The notes below the pieces were generated by a model. It was given only the letters and a program-made list of their open reading frames with translations. It was not told where the DNA came from and made no database searches. DNA of 64,000 bases from an uncultured bacterium (GTDB lineage Bacteria > Actinomycetota > Acidimicrobiia > Spongiisociales > UBA5794): contig CAWDDT010000004.1 in the NCBI GenBank assembly GCA_963801165.1, positions 608,001-672,000 on the forward strand, in the 5' to 3' direction. The position numbers and the translations under genes are program-made. Positions 19,595 to 29,074 of the stretch are shown here, piece by piece. Positions within the stretch are counted from its first letter, which is position 1. Each line of letters opens with the position of its first letter.

Positions 19595-20887
19595 CTATTT
19601 GCCCTTGGGCATCGTGACGGTGACGCGGCCTCCGCCCGTCTCGCTGGTGCCGACGGTCATTTGTCCTCCGCCCACCCCCGCGGTGCGGGCGGCGATGTCG
19701 AGCCCAAGACCGGTTGACCCGGCAGCACTGATGCCGCGTTCCGCCATCTCGGAGCCGAAACCTGGTCCCTGATCGTCAACGACGAGGATGGCGTCACCGT
19801 CGAGCGATGCCACGGCCACGGTGAATCCGACGCCTTCGTCTGTGTGGGCGAAGACATTGCCAACGAGTGCATCGATCATCGCGACGGCATCGTCGCTTCC
19901 GATGGCAACCTGCGTTTCCGATCCGTCGGAGATGTACTCGAGCTCACGCTGTTGCTCCTCGGCGAGTGCGGCCCAGAAGCGGACCCTTTCGGCGGCAACC
20001 TCCCCGAGGTCGCACTTTCCGGCAGCATCCGTTCTGCCCGGGCGTCGCGCCTCCCGGATCACGAAGTCGACCGTCCGGTCGAGTTCGTCGAGGTCGTCAC
20101 GCAACCGCTCGGCGAGAGGGCCCTCGGGGAGGGCCTCGGCGTCGAGCCTCACGGCGGTAAGCGGAGTGCGGAGCCGGTGCGAAAGGTCGGCGGCCGCTTC
20201 CCGCTCCATTCGGAGAAGGCGCACGATGCGGTCGGCGAGGCCATTCAGCTCGATACCGACTTCCATGACCTCCGGCGGGCCGGATGGCGTCACCCGCGCT
20301 TCTAGGTTCCCCTCGCCGAGGATTGACGCGGTCGCCGAGAGCTCCTTGACCGGCTGCACCATCGATTGGCCCAGCCGATCGGCGACGGCGATGGCAATGG
20401 CGATGATGGCGAGTCCCAGGAGGATGAGAACCACGATCGATCTGGCGACACCATCTGTGAGAGCCGTCTCGGGCACGAATACGCGAACGACGACGGTCTG
20501 GCCGGCCGTAGGGAGCAGAACGGAGGTGTAGACCGCCTGCCCGCCCCGAACCGCGGCGCGATAGGCGGCCCCGTTGCGGACGGCGTCGAGGTTCTCGCCT
20601 TCCGGTATCGGCTCGCCGAACACCTCCTCGCCGCCGCTGTCGGCGATGAGGATGACCGACGTGGCATAGTCGCTCCGGTTCAATAGGGCGGCCTGGATCA
20701 CGTCGGCCGTATTGGAGTTCGGGGCGCGCAACGCGATGAACTGGGCGATCGCTTCTTCCTGGTTCTGCGCGAGTGTCACCGCCTTGTCGTAGGCGAGAGC
20801 ACGGACCGTCAGAGTCAAAGGGAATAGGAACGCGATCACCACCATCGTGGTGACGGCGCCGACGACCAGGTTCAGCCGCGCTCTCAC
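19595..20887 (-). CDS. HAMP-domain sensor histidine kinase
   Basis: Two TMs, HAMP, DLSHRLRTPLT H-box, N box GNVFAHT, D.GPG, GSTGLGL; GTGA overlap with response regulator stop. Confidence 0.92.
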   Translation of the reverse strand: MRARLNLVVGAVTTMVVIAFLFPLTLTVRALAYDKAVTLAQNQEEAIAQFIALRAPNSNTADVIQAALLNRSDYATSVILIADSGGEEVFGEPIPEGENLDAVRNGAAYRAAVRGGQAVYTSVLLPTAGQTVVVRVFVPETALTDGVARSIVVLILLGLAIIAIAIAVADRLGQSMVQPVKELSATASILGEGNLEARVTPSGPPEVMEVGIELNGLADRIVRLLRMEREAAADLSHRLRTPLTAVRLDAEALPEGPLAERLRDDLDELDRTVDFVIREARRPGRTDAAGKCDLGEVAAERVRFWAALAEEQQRELEYISDGSETQVAIGSDDAVAMIDALVGNVFAHTDEGVGFTVAVASLDGDAILVVDDQGPGFGSEMAERGISAAGSTGLGLDIAARTAGVGGGQMTVGTSETGGGRVTVTMPKGK

Positions 20888-21567
20888 GACGTGGGGTCGA
20901 CCAGCTTGACACCGACGCCGCGGCGGGTGTGGATGTAGCAGGGCTCTGCTGCGGTCTCGCCGAGCTTCTTGCGCAGCCAGGAGAGATGGACGTCGACGGT
21001 CTTGTCGGCGCCGCCGTAGGGTTGCCGCCACACGGCCGCCAGCAGCTCCCTCTTTCCGATCATCTTTCCTGGGCGCTCTGCCAGATAGGCGAGCAGCTCG
21101 AACTCCTTGGCCGATAGATCCAGTCCCTCGCCGTTCAGGGTCGCTTCGTGTGCAGCGGCGTCGATACGCAGTTCGCCTATCGCGATCACGGGGTTGTCGG
21201 TGGTGGTGGCCGCCCGTCGGAGCAGGGCGCGGATGCGGGCCTCGAGGTGGTCGGTCGAGTACGGCTTGATCACGTAGTCGTCAGCGCCGGCGTTGAAGAT
21301 CTTGACGATCTCGTCCTGATCGTCGCGGGCTGTGGCGACGATCACCGGAACCTCGCTCACGGCCCGGATCATCTGTAGGGCGTCGACGCCGTCGACGTCC
21401 GGCAGACCCAGATCGAGAACGACGATGTCGATGTCGCCGCTCACGGCCTTCTGCACACCCTCCATTGCAGTACCGGTCGACTCCACGTGGTGGCCTCGCT
21501 CGGCGAGGCGGGTCGCCAACGTTTGGCGGATCCGCTGGTCGTCTTCTATTAGCAAAACTGATGCCAT
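20884..21567 (-). CDS. OmpR/PhoB-family response regulator
   Basis: LLIEDD, LDLGLPD.DG, TAR, GADDY.IKP, winged helix TVDVHLSWLRKKLGE...IHTRRGVG; leaderless TAATTT-N7-ATG. Confidence 0.94.
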   Translation of the reverse strand: MASVLLIEDDQRIRQTLATRLAERGHHVESTGTAMEGVQKAVSGDIDIVVLDLGLPDVDGVDALQMIRAVSEVPVIVATARDDQDEIVKIFNAGADDYVIKPYSTDHLEARIRALLRRAATTTDNPVIAIGELRIDAAAHEATLNGEGLDLSAKEFELLAYLAERPGKMIGKRELLAAVWRQPYGGADKTVDVHLSWLRKKLGETAAEPCYIHTRRGVGVKLVDPTS

Positions 21568-21607
21568 GGACCTGAAATTACACCCGATCGGGTCGTCAAG
21601 GCGCCCG

Positions 21608-21645
21608 ATAGCCGGGGTTTCATCGTCGTTTAGCCTTGGGTTAAC
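21608..21645 (+). promoter_or_regulatory. four 11-bp-phased direct-repeat units, putative binding site of the adjacent response regulator
   Basis: ATAGC(21608), TTCAT(21619), TTAGC(21630), TTAAC(21641) between the divergent RR and secreted-protein genes. Confidence 0.62.
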
Positions 21646-21667
21646 CCAGCGAGCCGGGGAGTAATGC

Positions 21668-22291
21668 ATGCTGGAGCGAATGAGACGGTACTTGGGTCTG
21701 GGCGTGGCGTGGCTCGGTGCAACCGTGCTGTCGGTGCTGATAGCGTCGACCGCGGTGGCCGGGATTCGCGACCGCGTTGTGGAGACCCCGGTGGCCGTCG
21801 GTCCCCCCACGACAACGACGACATTGGCTCCGGCGACGACCACGCCGACGACCCTTGCCTCTACGACTACCTCCATGTTGGCACCGACGACAACCACCGA
21901 GACGACGGCGCCGCCGCAGACGACAACGACCATCGAGTCGGCGACGACCACGACGGCACCGCCGGAGACCACCGGCACTACGCCGACGACCACCACGGCG
22001 ACCACGACGACGACGACCACCGGCCCGCCATCATTCTCTTACCCGATCTATGCACTGAAAGGCGGGACGGTCACGCTGGAGGTCGGCGATGGCACCGTAC
22101 GCGTTTATTCCGCCGTGCCCAACGCCGGTTACGCCTACCACAATGAGAAAGACGGGCCGACCGAGGTCGAGGTCGAGTTCGACAGCAACGACCACAAATC
22201 CACCCTGACGGCGCACTTCGAGGGTGGAGAGCTCAAGGTTGTGCAGAACGAGGGTCGCGAGGGCGGCGACGATGGCCACGGCGACGACTGA
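21668..22291 (+). CDS. two-component-system-associated secreted Thr-rich protein
   Basis: N-terminal TM (AWLGATVLSV), long Thr stalk, beta-rich C domain GGTVT...P.AGY...EVEVEF, tail GGDDGHGDD; start may be 21680. Confidence 0.8.
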   Translation: MLERMRRYLGLGVAWLGATVLSVLIASTAVAGIRDRVVETPVAVGPPTTTTTLAPATTTPTTLASTTTSMLAPTTTTETTAPPQTTTTIESATTTTAPPETTGTTPTTTTATTTTTTTGPPSFSYPIYALKGGTVTLEVGDGTVRVYSAVPNAGYAYHNEKDGPTEVEVEFDSNDHKSTLTAHFEGGELKVVQNEGREGGDDGHGDD

Positions 22292-22308
22292 GCCGCCATA
22301 CTGGCCGC

Positions 22309-22890
22309 ATGTGGGAGATCGACGTCTGGGACCCTCTGCCGATTGATGACGTCGCGGCGCTTCTCAACGGAGCCCCGTTTCGCTGGTGGGTGAGTGGAGG
22401 GCGGGCTCTCGAGCTTCATGTGGGCCGGTCCTGGCGGAGCCACGAGGACACCGACGTAGGTGTCCTCGGCAGTGAAGTTTCGCGCGTCGCAAAACGGCTC
22501 TCCGGTTGGGAGCTGGCCGTAGCCGCGGGCGGACGGCTGAGTGGCTGGCACGGACGGCCTCTACAACCCGGCGAGAACAACGTGTGGGCAGGTCGGACTG
22601 CGTGGGAGATCGACTTCACCGTCGGTGCCGACAGCGACGACGAATGGGTGTATCGACGTTATCCGGCTATTAGACGGCCGTGGTCGGCGGCGGTTCTGTT
22701 GTCTGCACGGAACGTGCCGTACCTGGCGCCGGAGTTGCAGCTCCTGTTCAAGAGCAAGACAGCACGACCGAAAGATCACGACGATGCGGAGGTAGTGATC
22801 CCCGTGCTGGGTCGTGCCGCAAGGGCGTTTCTCGAGGAGAACCTCCCCGCCGGGCACGCGTGGCGTCGGCTGCTCCACGACGCTGGATAG
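22309..22890 (+). CDS. nucleotidyltransferase, aminoglycoside-2''-adenylyltransferase/LinA-like fold
   Basis: WWVSGGRALEL..G...RSHEDTDV NTase signature; YLAPE.QLLFK.K..RPKD..D. Confidence 0.75.
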   Translation: MWEIDVWDPLPIDDVAALLNGAPFRWWVSGGRALELHVGRSWRSHEDTDVGVLGSEVSRVAKRLSGWELAVAAGGRLSGWHGRPLQPGENNVWAGRTAWEIDFTVGADSDDEWVYRRYPAIRRPWSAAVLLSARNVPYLAPELQLLFKSKTARPKDHDDAEVVIPVLGRAARAFLEENLPAGHAWRRLLHDAG

Positions 22891-22895
22891 CGCCC

Positions 22896-23447
22896 TCAGC
22901 CGACCTTCCTGACCTTGTCGCCACGCCGGATGGCGCCGGGCACAACGACCCTGGCGTTCAGGCCCCGGAGACGGAATGCCTTGCCTGTCTCCGAATTGGC
23001 AAACTTGCGAGCTTCCAAGCCGAATCGAGTCGAGAACTTCTGGCAACCGGTGTGGGGGACCGCAGTGACCTCGATGACCGCTTCGCCGATGGCCACCTTG
23101 CTCCCAATTGGCAGGTTCTCCTCGCTGATGTCGAAGTCCAGATAGAGCTGGTCGCCGGCCAGCTTCCAGCGATCGTCGGAACCGGCGATCAGGGCGGTGA
23201 ACCGAGCGTTCATCACGTTGAGCTGCGTCTCGGGGTTTGGCGATTCGCCGTCGCTTCGTGCCAGAGCGCGGGCACGCCACGAGTCACCCACGAGACCCTC
23301 CGCCAACGAGAGCTCTCCAGTCTCGAGCACCTCGCGTTCGTCGATATCCGGTCGGCGCACGATCAAGGCGAGCGTGCCTTCCTCCTTCGGGGCGGCCGCG
23401 ACCTCGGTGAGACCGGCCTCGAGCTCATCAGTAGATAGGTGATCCAT
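22896..23447 (-). CDS. MOSC-domain protein
   Basis: GLVGD.W, AGDQLYLD.D.S..NLP.G, PHTGC.KF..RFG, RGLNARVV.PG.I..GD. Confidence 0.85.
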   Translation of the reverse strand: MDHLSTDELEAGLTEVAAAPKEEGTLALIVRRPDIDEREVLETGELSLAEGLVGDSWRARALARSDGESPNPETQLNVMNARFTALIAGSDDRWKLAGDQLYLDFDISEENLPIGSKVAIGEAVIEVTAVPHTGCQKFSTRFGLEARKFANSETGKAFRLRGLNARVVVPGAIRRGDKVRKVG

Positions 23448-23457
23448 GGGCGACAAA

Positions 23458-24417
23458 CTACCCGTCGATTGTGAATGCAAACGACGCGTCGGTGACACCA
23501 TCCTCGCCGATGAACCAGGTGCCCGGTGTGAGCCGCAACGTGTAGTCCCCGGCAGGGGAACCGTCGACGATGAATTGCAGCTGCCGGTCGGCCGTTGTCA
23601 CGCCTTCATCCGATCCGGGCAGCGAGCCGATGTCGGCGCGGTCGGGGGCGATCACCGTTCCGTCAGGAAGGGTCAAACCGAAATCGGTGGCGAAGATCTG
23701 CCAGTTCCCGCCCTTGCGGCTGACGACGTCGAAATCGAGGATCAGAGCCTGTTTGCCGGCGTCTACCTCTCGGTGCCCGACCGGGTCGTCGTAGCGCAGC
23801 TCAGCCGTCTTGAAGGTGAGGTCGACAAGCTCCATCGACATGGTGCCGGCGACGTCGACCGACCGGGGCTCGAGCCGCACCGGCTCGGTACCTCCGGCCA
23901 GAGGGACTCGGGCCTGGTTCACGTCAGGGCCACCAACCATCAGCACGGCGCTAGGCAGGTCGAAACCACCGTCGATGAGAAAGGTGAGCTCGCCCTGCGC
24001 AGTGGTGCCTGCCGCGACCTCTCCGAGGTCGTTGAGGGGGCTAGCGGGGTAGGAGTTGTCCGCGGTGACGATCGTCATCTCCGTGTCGATGAAACCCGCC
24101 GTGGTTCCCGTGTTCTCCAGAGTGAGCCCGAGGGTCAGGAAGTACGTCACCTCGTCGCTGAAGTCGTCCTTCTTGGAGCTGATCTCCCCGGAATCGGCGG
24201 ATATGTGGAAGCCGCTGTGCCAGAAGTCCTGGCCGACGTCAAAGGTCTGGTTCTCGATGCCGGTAGCTTCGCCACCGGCTGTGGTCGTGGTTTGCGCTGT
24301 CGTCCGCCCCTCGTCGCTCGATCTCGTGGTGGCCGTGTCGTCGCTGCCACCGCACCCGACGACGAGGGTGAGCGACGCCGCAAGAACCAGCAGCAACCGT
24401 GTCGCCCGTCGATCCAT
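23458..24417 (-). CDS. lipoprotein with two Ig-like (DUF4352-like) domains
   Basis: Lipobox VVGC; two repeats ending G.L.F.(I/V)DG. Confidence 0.65.
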   Translation of the reverse strand: MDRRATRLLLVLAASLTLVVGCGGSDDTATTRSSDEGRTTAQTTTTAGGEATGIENQTFDVGQDFWHSGFHISADSGEISSKKDDFSDEVTYFLTLGLTLENTGTTAGFIDTEMTIVTADNSYPASPLNDLGEVAAGTTAQGELTFLIDGGFDLPSAVLMVGGPDVNQARVPLAGGTEPVRLEPRSVDVAGTMSMELVDLTFKTAELRYDDPVGHREVDAGKQALILDFDVVSRKGGNWQIFATDFGLTLPDGTVIAPDRADIGSLPGSDEGVTTADRQLQFIVDGSPAGDYTLRLTPGTWFIGEDGVTDASFAFTIDG

Positions 24418-24499
24418 CGCCCAACCCCCGTGCTAGACACTCCCTGATGTCACCCTACCGACGGACAGTCACGGGTGGTCGGGTAAACCGGTCGTGGTA

Positions 24500-25450
24500 C
24501 TAGTCGATATCTGCGGACAGCCGGGCGAGCAGCCGACGCAGCGCATCCTTGAGCTCGTCGGGCTCGAGGATCCGGAACCGGCACGGAAGCCCGGCGAGAT
24601 ACCGGGCGATCCAATCCAGCTCGTCGGCCCCGATTCGGAGCAAGGTCCCGCCTCTTGTCGGTTCGATGACCCCGAGGGTCGGCGAGATGATCTGTGCCGC
24701 CTCTGCGGGTTTCACCCGGAGCAACACGCGCGCCTGCCACTTGTAGACGGAGACGGCGAGTCCTTCGGAGACCTGTGCCGCCGCGTCCGGGGGCGACTGA
24801 TGGGTGAACCGCATGCCGGTGAGTACGGGCTTGCTGATCCTGTCGACCCTGAAGGTGCGCCATGCCTCCCGGTCCCGGTCTCTGGCGACGAGATACCAGC
24901 GACGGGCCGCATAGACGAGCTGATACGGCTCGACGTGTCGTTCGGTTGCGTTGCCCTTGAAGTCGACGTAGCCAAACCGCATCCGCTCCGGGACCCGACA
25001 CCCCCGTGCGATCGTCACCAGCAGCTCGGGGTCGAGTGACTCGCCCGGCGCCCCTGACGGCCGAAGCGCCACGGTCGATCCCCGAAGATCGCTGATCCGC
25101 TCTCGTAGTCTCACCGGAAGCACCTGCTCGATCTTGGCGAGAGCAGCGATGGCCGAGTCCTCGAAGCCGGGGAGACCGCCACTGGCCACGCGGCGCAGCC
25201 CGAGCGCCACCACGACGGCCTCGTCGTCGTCGAGCAGGAGCGGGGGGAGGGCGCCCCCGGGGGCGAGCATGTAGCCGCCCGCCGGGCCGGTGTATGCCTC
25301 GACCGGGTAGCCGAGGTCACGAAGACGGGCGATGTCACGGCGGAGCGTCCTGTCGGTCACCTCGAGCCGGTTGGCGAGCTCGGGCCCGGTCCAGCTTGGT
25401 CGTGCCTGCAACAGCGAGAGCAGTTTGAGCATGCGTGCCGAGGGATCCAT
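24500..25450 (-). CDS. HTH-WYL domain transcriptional regulator (YafY family)
   Basis: RML.LLSLLQ, ELA.RLEVT.RTLRRDI.RLR.LGYPV, GGY.L, RRWYLVA.D..R..WRTFRVDRI. Confidence 0.93.
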   Translation of the reverse strand: MDPSARMLKLLSLLQARPSWTGPELANRLEVTDRTLRRDIARLRDLGYPVEAYTGPAGGYMLAPGGALPPLLLDDDEAVVVALGLRRVASGGLPGFEDSAIAALAKIEQVLPVRLRERISDLRGSTVALRPSGAPGESLDPELLVTIARGCRVPERMRFGYVDFKGNATERHVEPYQLVYAARRWYLVARDRDREAWRTFRVDRISKPVLTGMRFTHQSPPDAAAQVSEGLAVSVYKWQARVLLRVKPAEAAQIISPTLGVIEPTRGGTLLRIGADELDWIARYLAGLPCRFRILEPDELKDALRRLLARLSADID

Positions 25451-25475
25451 TGGCCGTCAAACTAGTCGAAATAGC

Positions 25476-25490
25476 GGACAGGTTCTGTCC
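25476..25490. promoter_or_regulatory. palindromic operator GGACAG-N3-CTGTCC, putative WYL regulator site
   Basis: Perfect 6-bp inverted repeat between the WYL gene and the divergent small ORF. Confidence 0.65.
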
Positions 25491-25542
25491 TTAATGCATC
25501 GCTAGTTTCAAGGCTGTAGTTCACGAATAGAAGGACCCGACG

Positions 25543-25713
25543 ATGAACCCATATGCCCTCCACATGCTGGCCCGCATCCATCACGAGGAGCGGCTCGTCC
25601 AGGCCGAGGCCGCCCGGCGTCTGCGTTTTGCCAAGAGGGCGCAGCGCCGGGAAGCGCCGGCCATAGCCGGTACGGCGGCGTCTGCAACTGTTCCCGCCTG
25701 CTCGACCGGATAG
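25543..25713 (+). CDS. 56-aa small protein divergent from WYL regulator
   Basis: Below ORF-track cutoff; AAGGA RBS; MNPYALHMLARIHHEERLVQAEAARRLRFAKRAQRREAPAIAGTAASATVPACSTG. Confidence 0.6.
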   Translation: MNPYALHMLARIHHEERLVQAEAARRLRFAKRAQRREAPAIAGTAASATVPACSTG

Positions 25714-25764
25714 ATCAAGGGGAAAACTCGTACACCTCGTAGCCTGCTGGTGCGTGTTCTCTAC

Positions 25765-26304
25765 ATGAGTGCAGCTACAGGGGTGTCGAGGATGTCAAAG
25801 CCATTGCCGCTGGTTGCGGTAACGGAGGATTTCGAAGCTTTCTACAAGCGCCAGTACCCGCGGGCCGTCGGGCTCGCCTATGCCCTGACGGGCAGAAAGC
25901 ATGTGGCCGAGGAGATCGCTCAGGATGCGTTCATCGCCGGCTATCGGCGCTGGCAGCGCATCTCGCAGTACGACAAGCCGGATGCGTGGTTGCGCCGTGT
26001 GATCGTCAACCGATCGACGTCGGTGTTGCGCCGTGGGCTCACCGAGGTAAAGGCAATCCCTCGTCTCCGTGCGGGGATGGAACACATCGCCGACATCGAG
26101 CCCGATGCGTCTGAAGTATGGGACGAGGTGAGGGCGTTGCCCCGAAGGCAGGCACAGGCGATCGCACTCTTCTACCTCGAAGACCTCTCACTGGAACAGA
26201 TCGCAAATGTCCTCGAATGCAGTCCGGGGACGGTCAAGGCCCATCTGAAGCGGGGGCGAGACCGTCTCGGCCGCAAGCTCACAGCCTGGAAGGAGGAAGC
26301 ATGA
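25765..26304 (+). CDS. ECF RNA polymerase sigma factor
   Basis: FEAFYK, AEEIAQDAF, AWLRRV.VN, LPRRQ.QAI.L.YLEDLS.EQIA.VL.CSPGTVK.HL.RGR; start uncertain (25750, 25765 or 25792). Confidence 0.9.
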   Translation: MSAATGVSRMSKPLPLVAVTEDFEAFYKRQYPRAVGLAYALTGRKHVAEEIAQDAFIAGYRRWQRISQYDKPDAWLRRVIVNRSTSVLRRGLTEVKAIPRLRAGMEHIADIEPDASEVWDEVRALPRRQAQAIALFYLEDLSLEQIANVLECSPGTVKAHLKRGRDRLGRKLTAWKEEA

Positions 26305-27632
26305 ATACCGAAGACAGACTCCGCCGTGCTTCCCGGGAAATGGACAAAGTCACCGCATCGATTTCGGCGCCTCCCATGGCAGAGCTACGTCGCTCCACCC
26401 GATTGCGGGGGATCGCCGTCACGATTGCCACCGCCATCGCCGTGTTGGTTCTGGTGGGTGGCACCTTGCTCTTGCTCAGTGGCAGAGGCGCAACAACGCT
26501 TGAGCCGGCGGCTCCGGGGGAGACAACGACGACGTCCACGATTCCTCCGACGACAGCAGAGCGTTCGGACAGCCCGTCGGAGACGTATGTCTTCCCTGCT
26601 GCCGACCCGCTGCCTCCTGTCGAGCTGGATGCTCGTGACGAGAGCCCTCTCTATCCGGTAGACGACTACACACGCCCAGCTGATATCGATCAAATCGGCA
26701 ACGAGGGCTATCTGGGCCCGTTTGTGGGGGATGTCGAGATCGTGGTCGTCGGTCAGGTGTCCACCGATGTGCTTTCCCCGCGGCTGTATGCGGTCCGCGG
26801 CCTTTTTGCCAACGACACGGACGCGCCTCTTGCTGGCCGACGCGGCGAGTGTCTCGTGCTCGTCGATCGAGCTGGGCGCAGCGCAACGTGCGGCCAGGGA
26901 GAGGCGTATGGCCTGATGATGACGGGGGACATCGCTGAGGGCACATATGTCGCCGGTCGGGCGGCCGAAGGATCGACGCTGGTCGTAATCCGTAGCGGAG
27001 CTGTTAGGTCATGGCAGTCGACGCGAGATGGGTATTTCTTTGCCACCATCGGCACCGTACCGGGTGACGCTCTCGCATACACGTTCTTCGACCCCGGGGG
27101 CGAGGTCGTGGATGAGGGGGCGCTGACGGACGTCACAGCGGTCGACGATCCAACCACCCAGTCTGTCCCATGTTCCGCCGGCGAGGCTGCGGTTCCGGAC
27201 ACCTTCGACGCTGTCCCGGAGGATGTACTGGCGACGGTGCTCGACATTGTCGATGCGGCCCAGCAATGCGACTACACCCGTCTCGAAACGATCGCCGGTG
27301 ACGAGTTCACTGCATCCTATGGCGGTAGTGAGCCGTCGGACCTATGGACCCAGCAGGAGGAGAACGGCGACAAGCCGATGTACTGGCTGCTGTCGATCCT
27401 GAACCTGCCGTACGGGACGATCGAGACCGACAACGGGCCGATGTACGTCTGGCCGGCTGCGTATGCACACCAGGGCAGTTGGGAGACGACACCGCAGCAG
27501 GACATGGACGCCCTCCGTTCCTTGTACACGGAAGACGATCTCCAGAGCTTTGCCGACTTCGGTGGCTACTACGGTTACCGGGTGGGAATCACTGCCAGTG
27601 GTGACTGGTTATTCTTCGTAGCAGGAGATTGA
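26301..27632 (+). CDS. putative anti-sigma factor (short cytoplasmic N-terminus, one TM, large extracytoplasmic part)
   Basis: AGGAGG RBS, ATGA overlap with sigma gene, EDRLRRA N-terminus then TM; C-terminal YYGYRVGI..SGDW.FFVAGD domain. Confidence 0.72.
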   Translation: MNTEDRLRRASREMDKVTASISAPPMAELRRSTRLRGIAVTIATAIAVLVLVGGTLLLLSGRGATTLEPAAPGETTTTSTIPPTTAERSDSPSETYVFPAADPLPPVELDARDESPLYPVDDYTRPADIDQIGNEGYLGPFVGDVEIVVVGQVSTDVLSPRLYAVRGLFANDTDAPLAGRRGECLVLVDRAGRSATCGQGEAYGLMMTGDIAEGTYVAGRAAEGSTLVVIRSGAVRSWQSTRDGYFFATIGTVPGDALAYTFFDPGGEVVDEGALTDVTAVDDPTTQSVPCSAGEAAVPDTFDAVPEDVLATVLDIVDAAQQCDYTRLETIAGDEFTASYGGSEPSDLWTQQEENGDKPMYWLLSILNLPYGTIETDNGPMYVWPAAYAHQGSWETTPQQDMDALRSLYTEDDLQSFADFGGYYGYRVGITASGDWLFFVAGD

Positions 27633-27718
27633 TCACCCCCGAGCTTTTACTTGAAGCCGCCCGTTGCCGATATAGAAGGCAGTGTTCCCCCGAAAAGGGG
27701 GACGCGGCGGGCCAAGAA

Positions 27719-27754
27719 GCGATCGCCCTCCGGTGGGGAGGGCGATCGCCGGCG
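27719..27754 (-). terminator. 13-bp perfect hairpin followed by TTCTT on the minus strand (terminator or sRNA element)
   Basis: GCGATCGCCCTCC (27719-27731) / GGAGGGCGATCGC (27737-27749), between convergent genes. Confidence 0.5.
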
Positions 27755-27924
27755 CGTTCCAGCCCCGGCACCGCGGATTGCCGGAATCACCACCGGGTCT
27801 GTGGGTCCCGAGGCCGCAACCGGGAGTGAGGGCTTTATCTCCCGACTTCGTGAATCGACGCGGAGCGCGTGTAGAGCGGCATCGGAGATGCCCGTTCGAT
27901 CGGAGCATTCGCCTTGCGGCGGCC

Positions 27925-29068
27925 TCAGCTCGTATCGGGTGGTACGGCCCGGTCTTCCGGTCCTGCTGTCATCCCGGCCAGGCGACGCCCACGCCTTCGC
28001 GCATGATCGGCTTTGGTCTTGCGGACGTGGCAGGGGTGGCAGCGGTCGGGGAGGTTGTCGAGCGAAGTCGGGCCGTGCTCGACAACTGGCAGGTCGTGAT
28101 CGTGTTCCAGGCGGTAGCGGTTACCGCAATCGACACAGCGGCGTCCGTCGAAATCCGGTGGTGACCCAAGGTTGAGGGCGAGTTTGATCTCGACCGGGAT
28201 GTGCCGGGTCCAGCGTCGCATCTGTCGAAGATCCTTGCCGTCGGAGATGACTCCGGTGATGAACGCGTCCTGGGCGATCTCTCTCGCTACCTGCGGGTCG
28301 ATAGGCGCGACCCCGGGGATGTGGCAAACCTCGCCGGGCTCGATGCTCGTCCAGCCGCGTTGCGCGACCTCGTGGCTGACGACCGCGACCATCTCCGGTT
28401 TGGACGATCGACTCTTGCCGGGCCTGCCGAAGCCGGCGGCGAAAGCGTCGGCGATGTAGGCCTCAAACGGCTCCTTCCACCCGTCCCGGTTTGCGAGCCT
28501 CTTGGCTTCGGCTTCGAGATCATTGACGATCGGGGTACCGATGTGGGGCTCGAGGTCGGCTTCGACGTGGATCAAGCCAAGATCGGTTATGTGGTGTCCG
28601 CCCGCGGGCGCCGTGTTGACGGGCTCCGATGTTGCTGCGGTCGTGAGCCAATCGGGCTCTGCGCGCCTGATGGCGGAGCTCGTGGAACGGCTCCTGCTGT
28701 GCCACCTGGACGAGGGTGTCGGCGCAGCCGGGGGCGTCAGTCTCGGCCTTGGCGATCTCGGTTGCCTGATCCAACGACACCCCACCGGCCCTCACCGCGC
28801 CAGCCAAGACCGGAGTGTCGGCGAGCCGCTCCGACAAACCGAGGACCGCTCGGGCCTTCGTCACCGTCGTCCCCTGTTGCCTCGCCAGCAGCCTCGGGTC
28901 ACCGATGCGACGGGCCAACACCGCCGCTGCCCCTGCGGCCGCCCGCTCGGCGCGGCCGAACAGCGTGATCAGCCGATATGCCGACTCCCGGTCGAAACGG
29001 TCGGCGTCCAGGTCGTGGACGGCGGATTCGAAGATCTCGACGGCACTTTCCACGGGCTGAGCTTCCAT
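27925..29068 (-). pseudogene. DUF222-like/HNH endonuclease gene split by a frameshift near 28605
   Basis: N-half MEAQPVES...ARQHGAR in one frame; C-half HHITDLGLIH...RCVDCG...LEHDH..P..EHGPTSLDNL..RCHPCH..KT in another; could be an assembly error. Confidence 0.75.
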
Positions 29069-29074
29069 ACCGCC

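Noticed and set aside
27682-27712. c-di-GMP-I riboswitch (GAAA...GGGACGC)
   Set aside because: Missing GGCAAAC and GCAAAGC context and no downstream gene on that strand.
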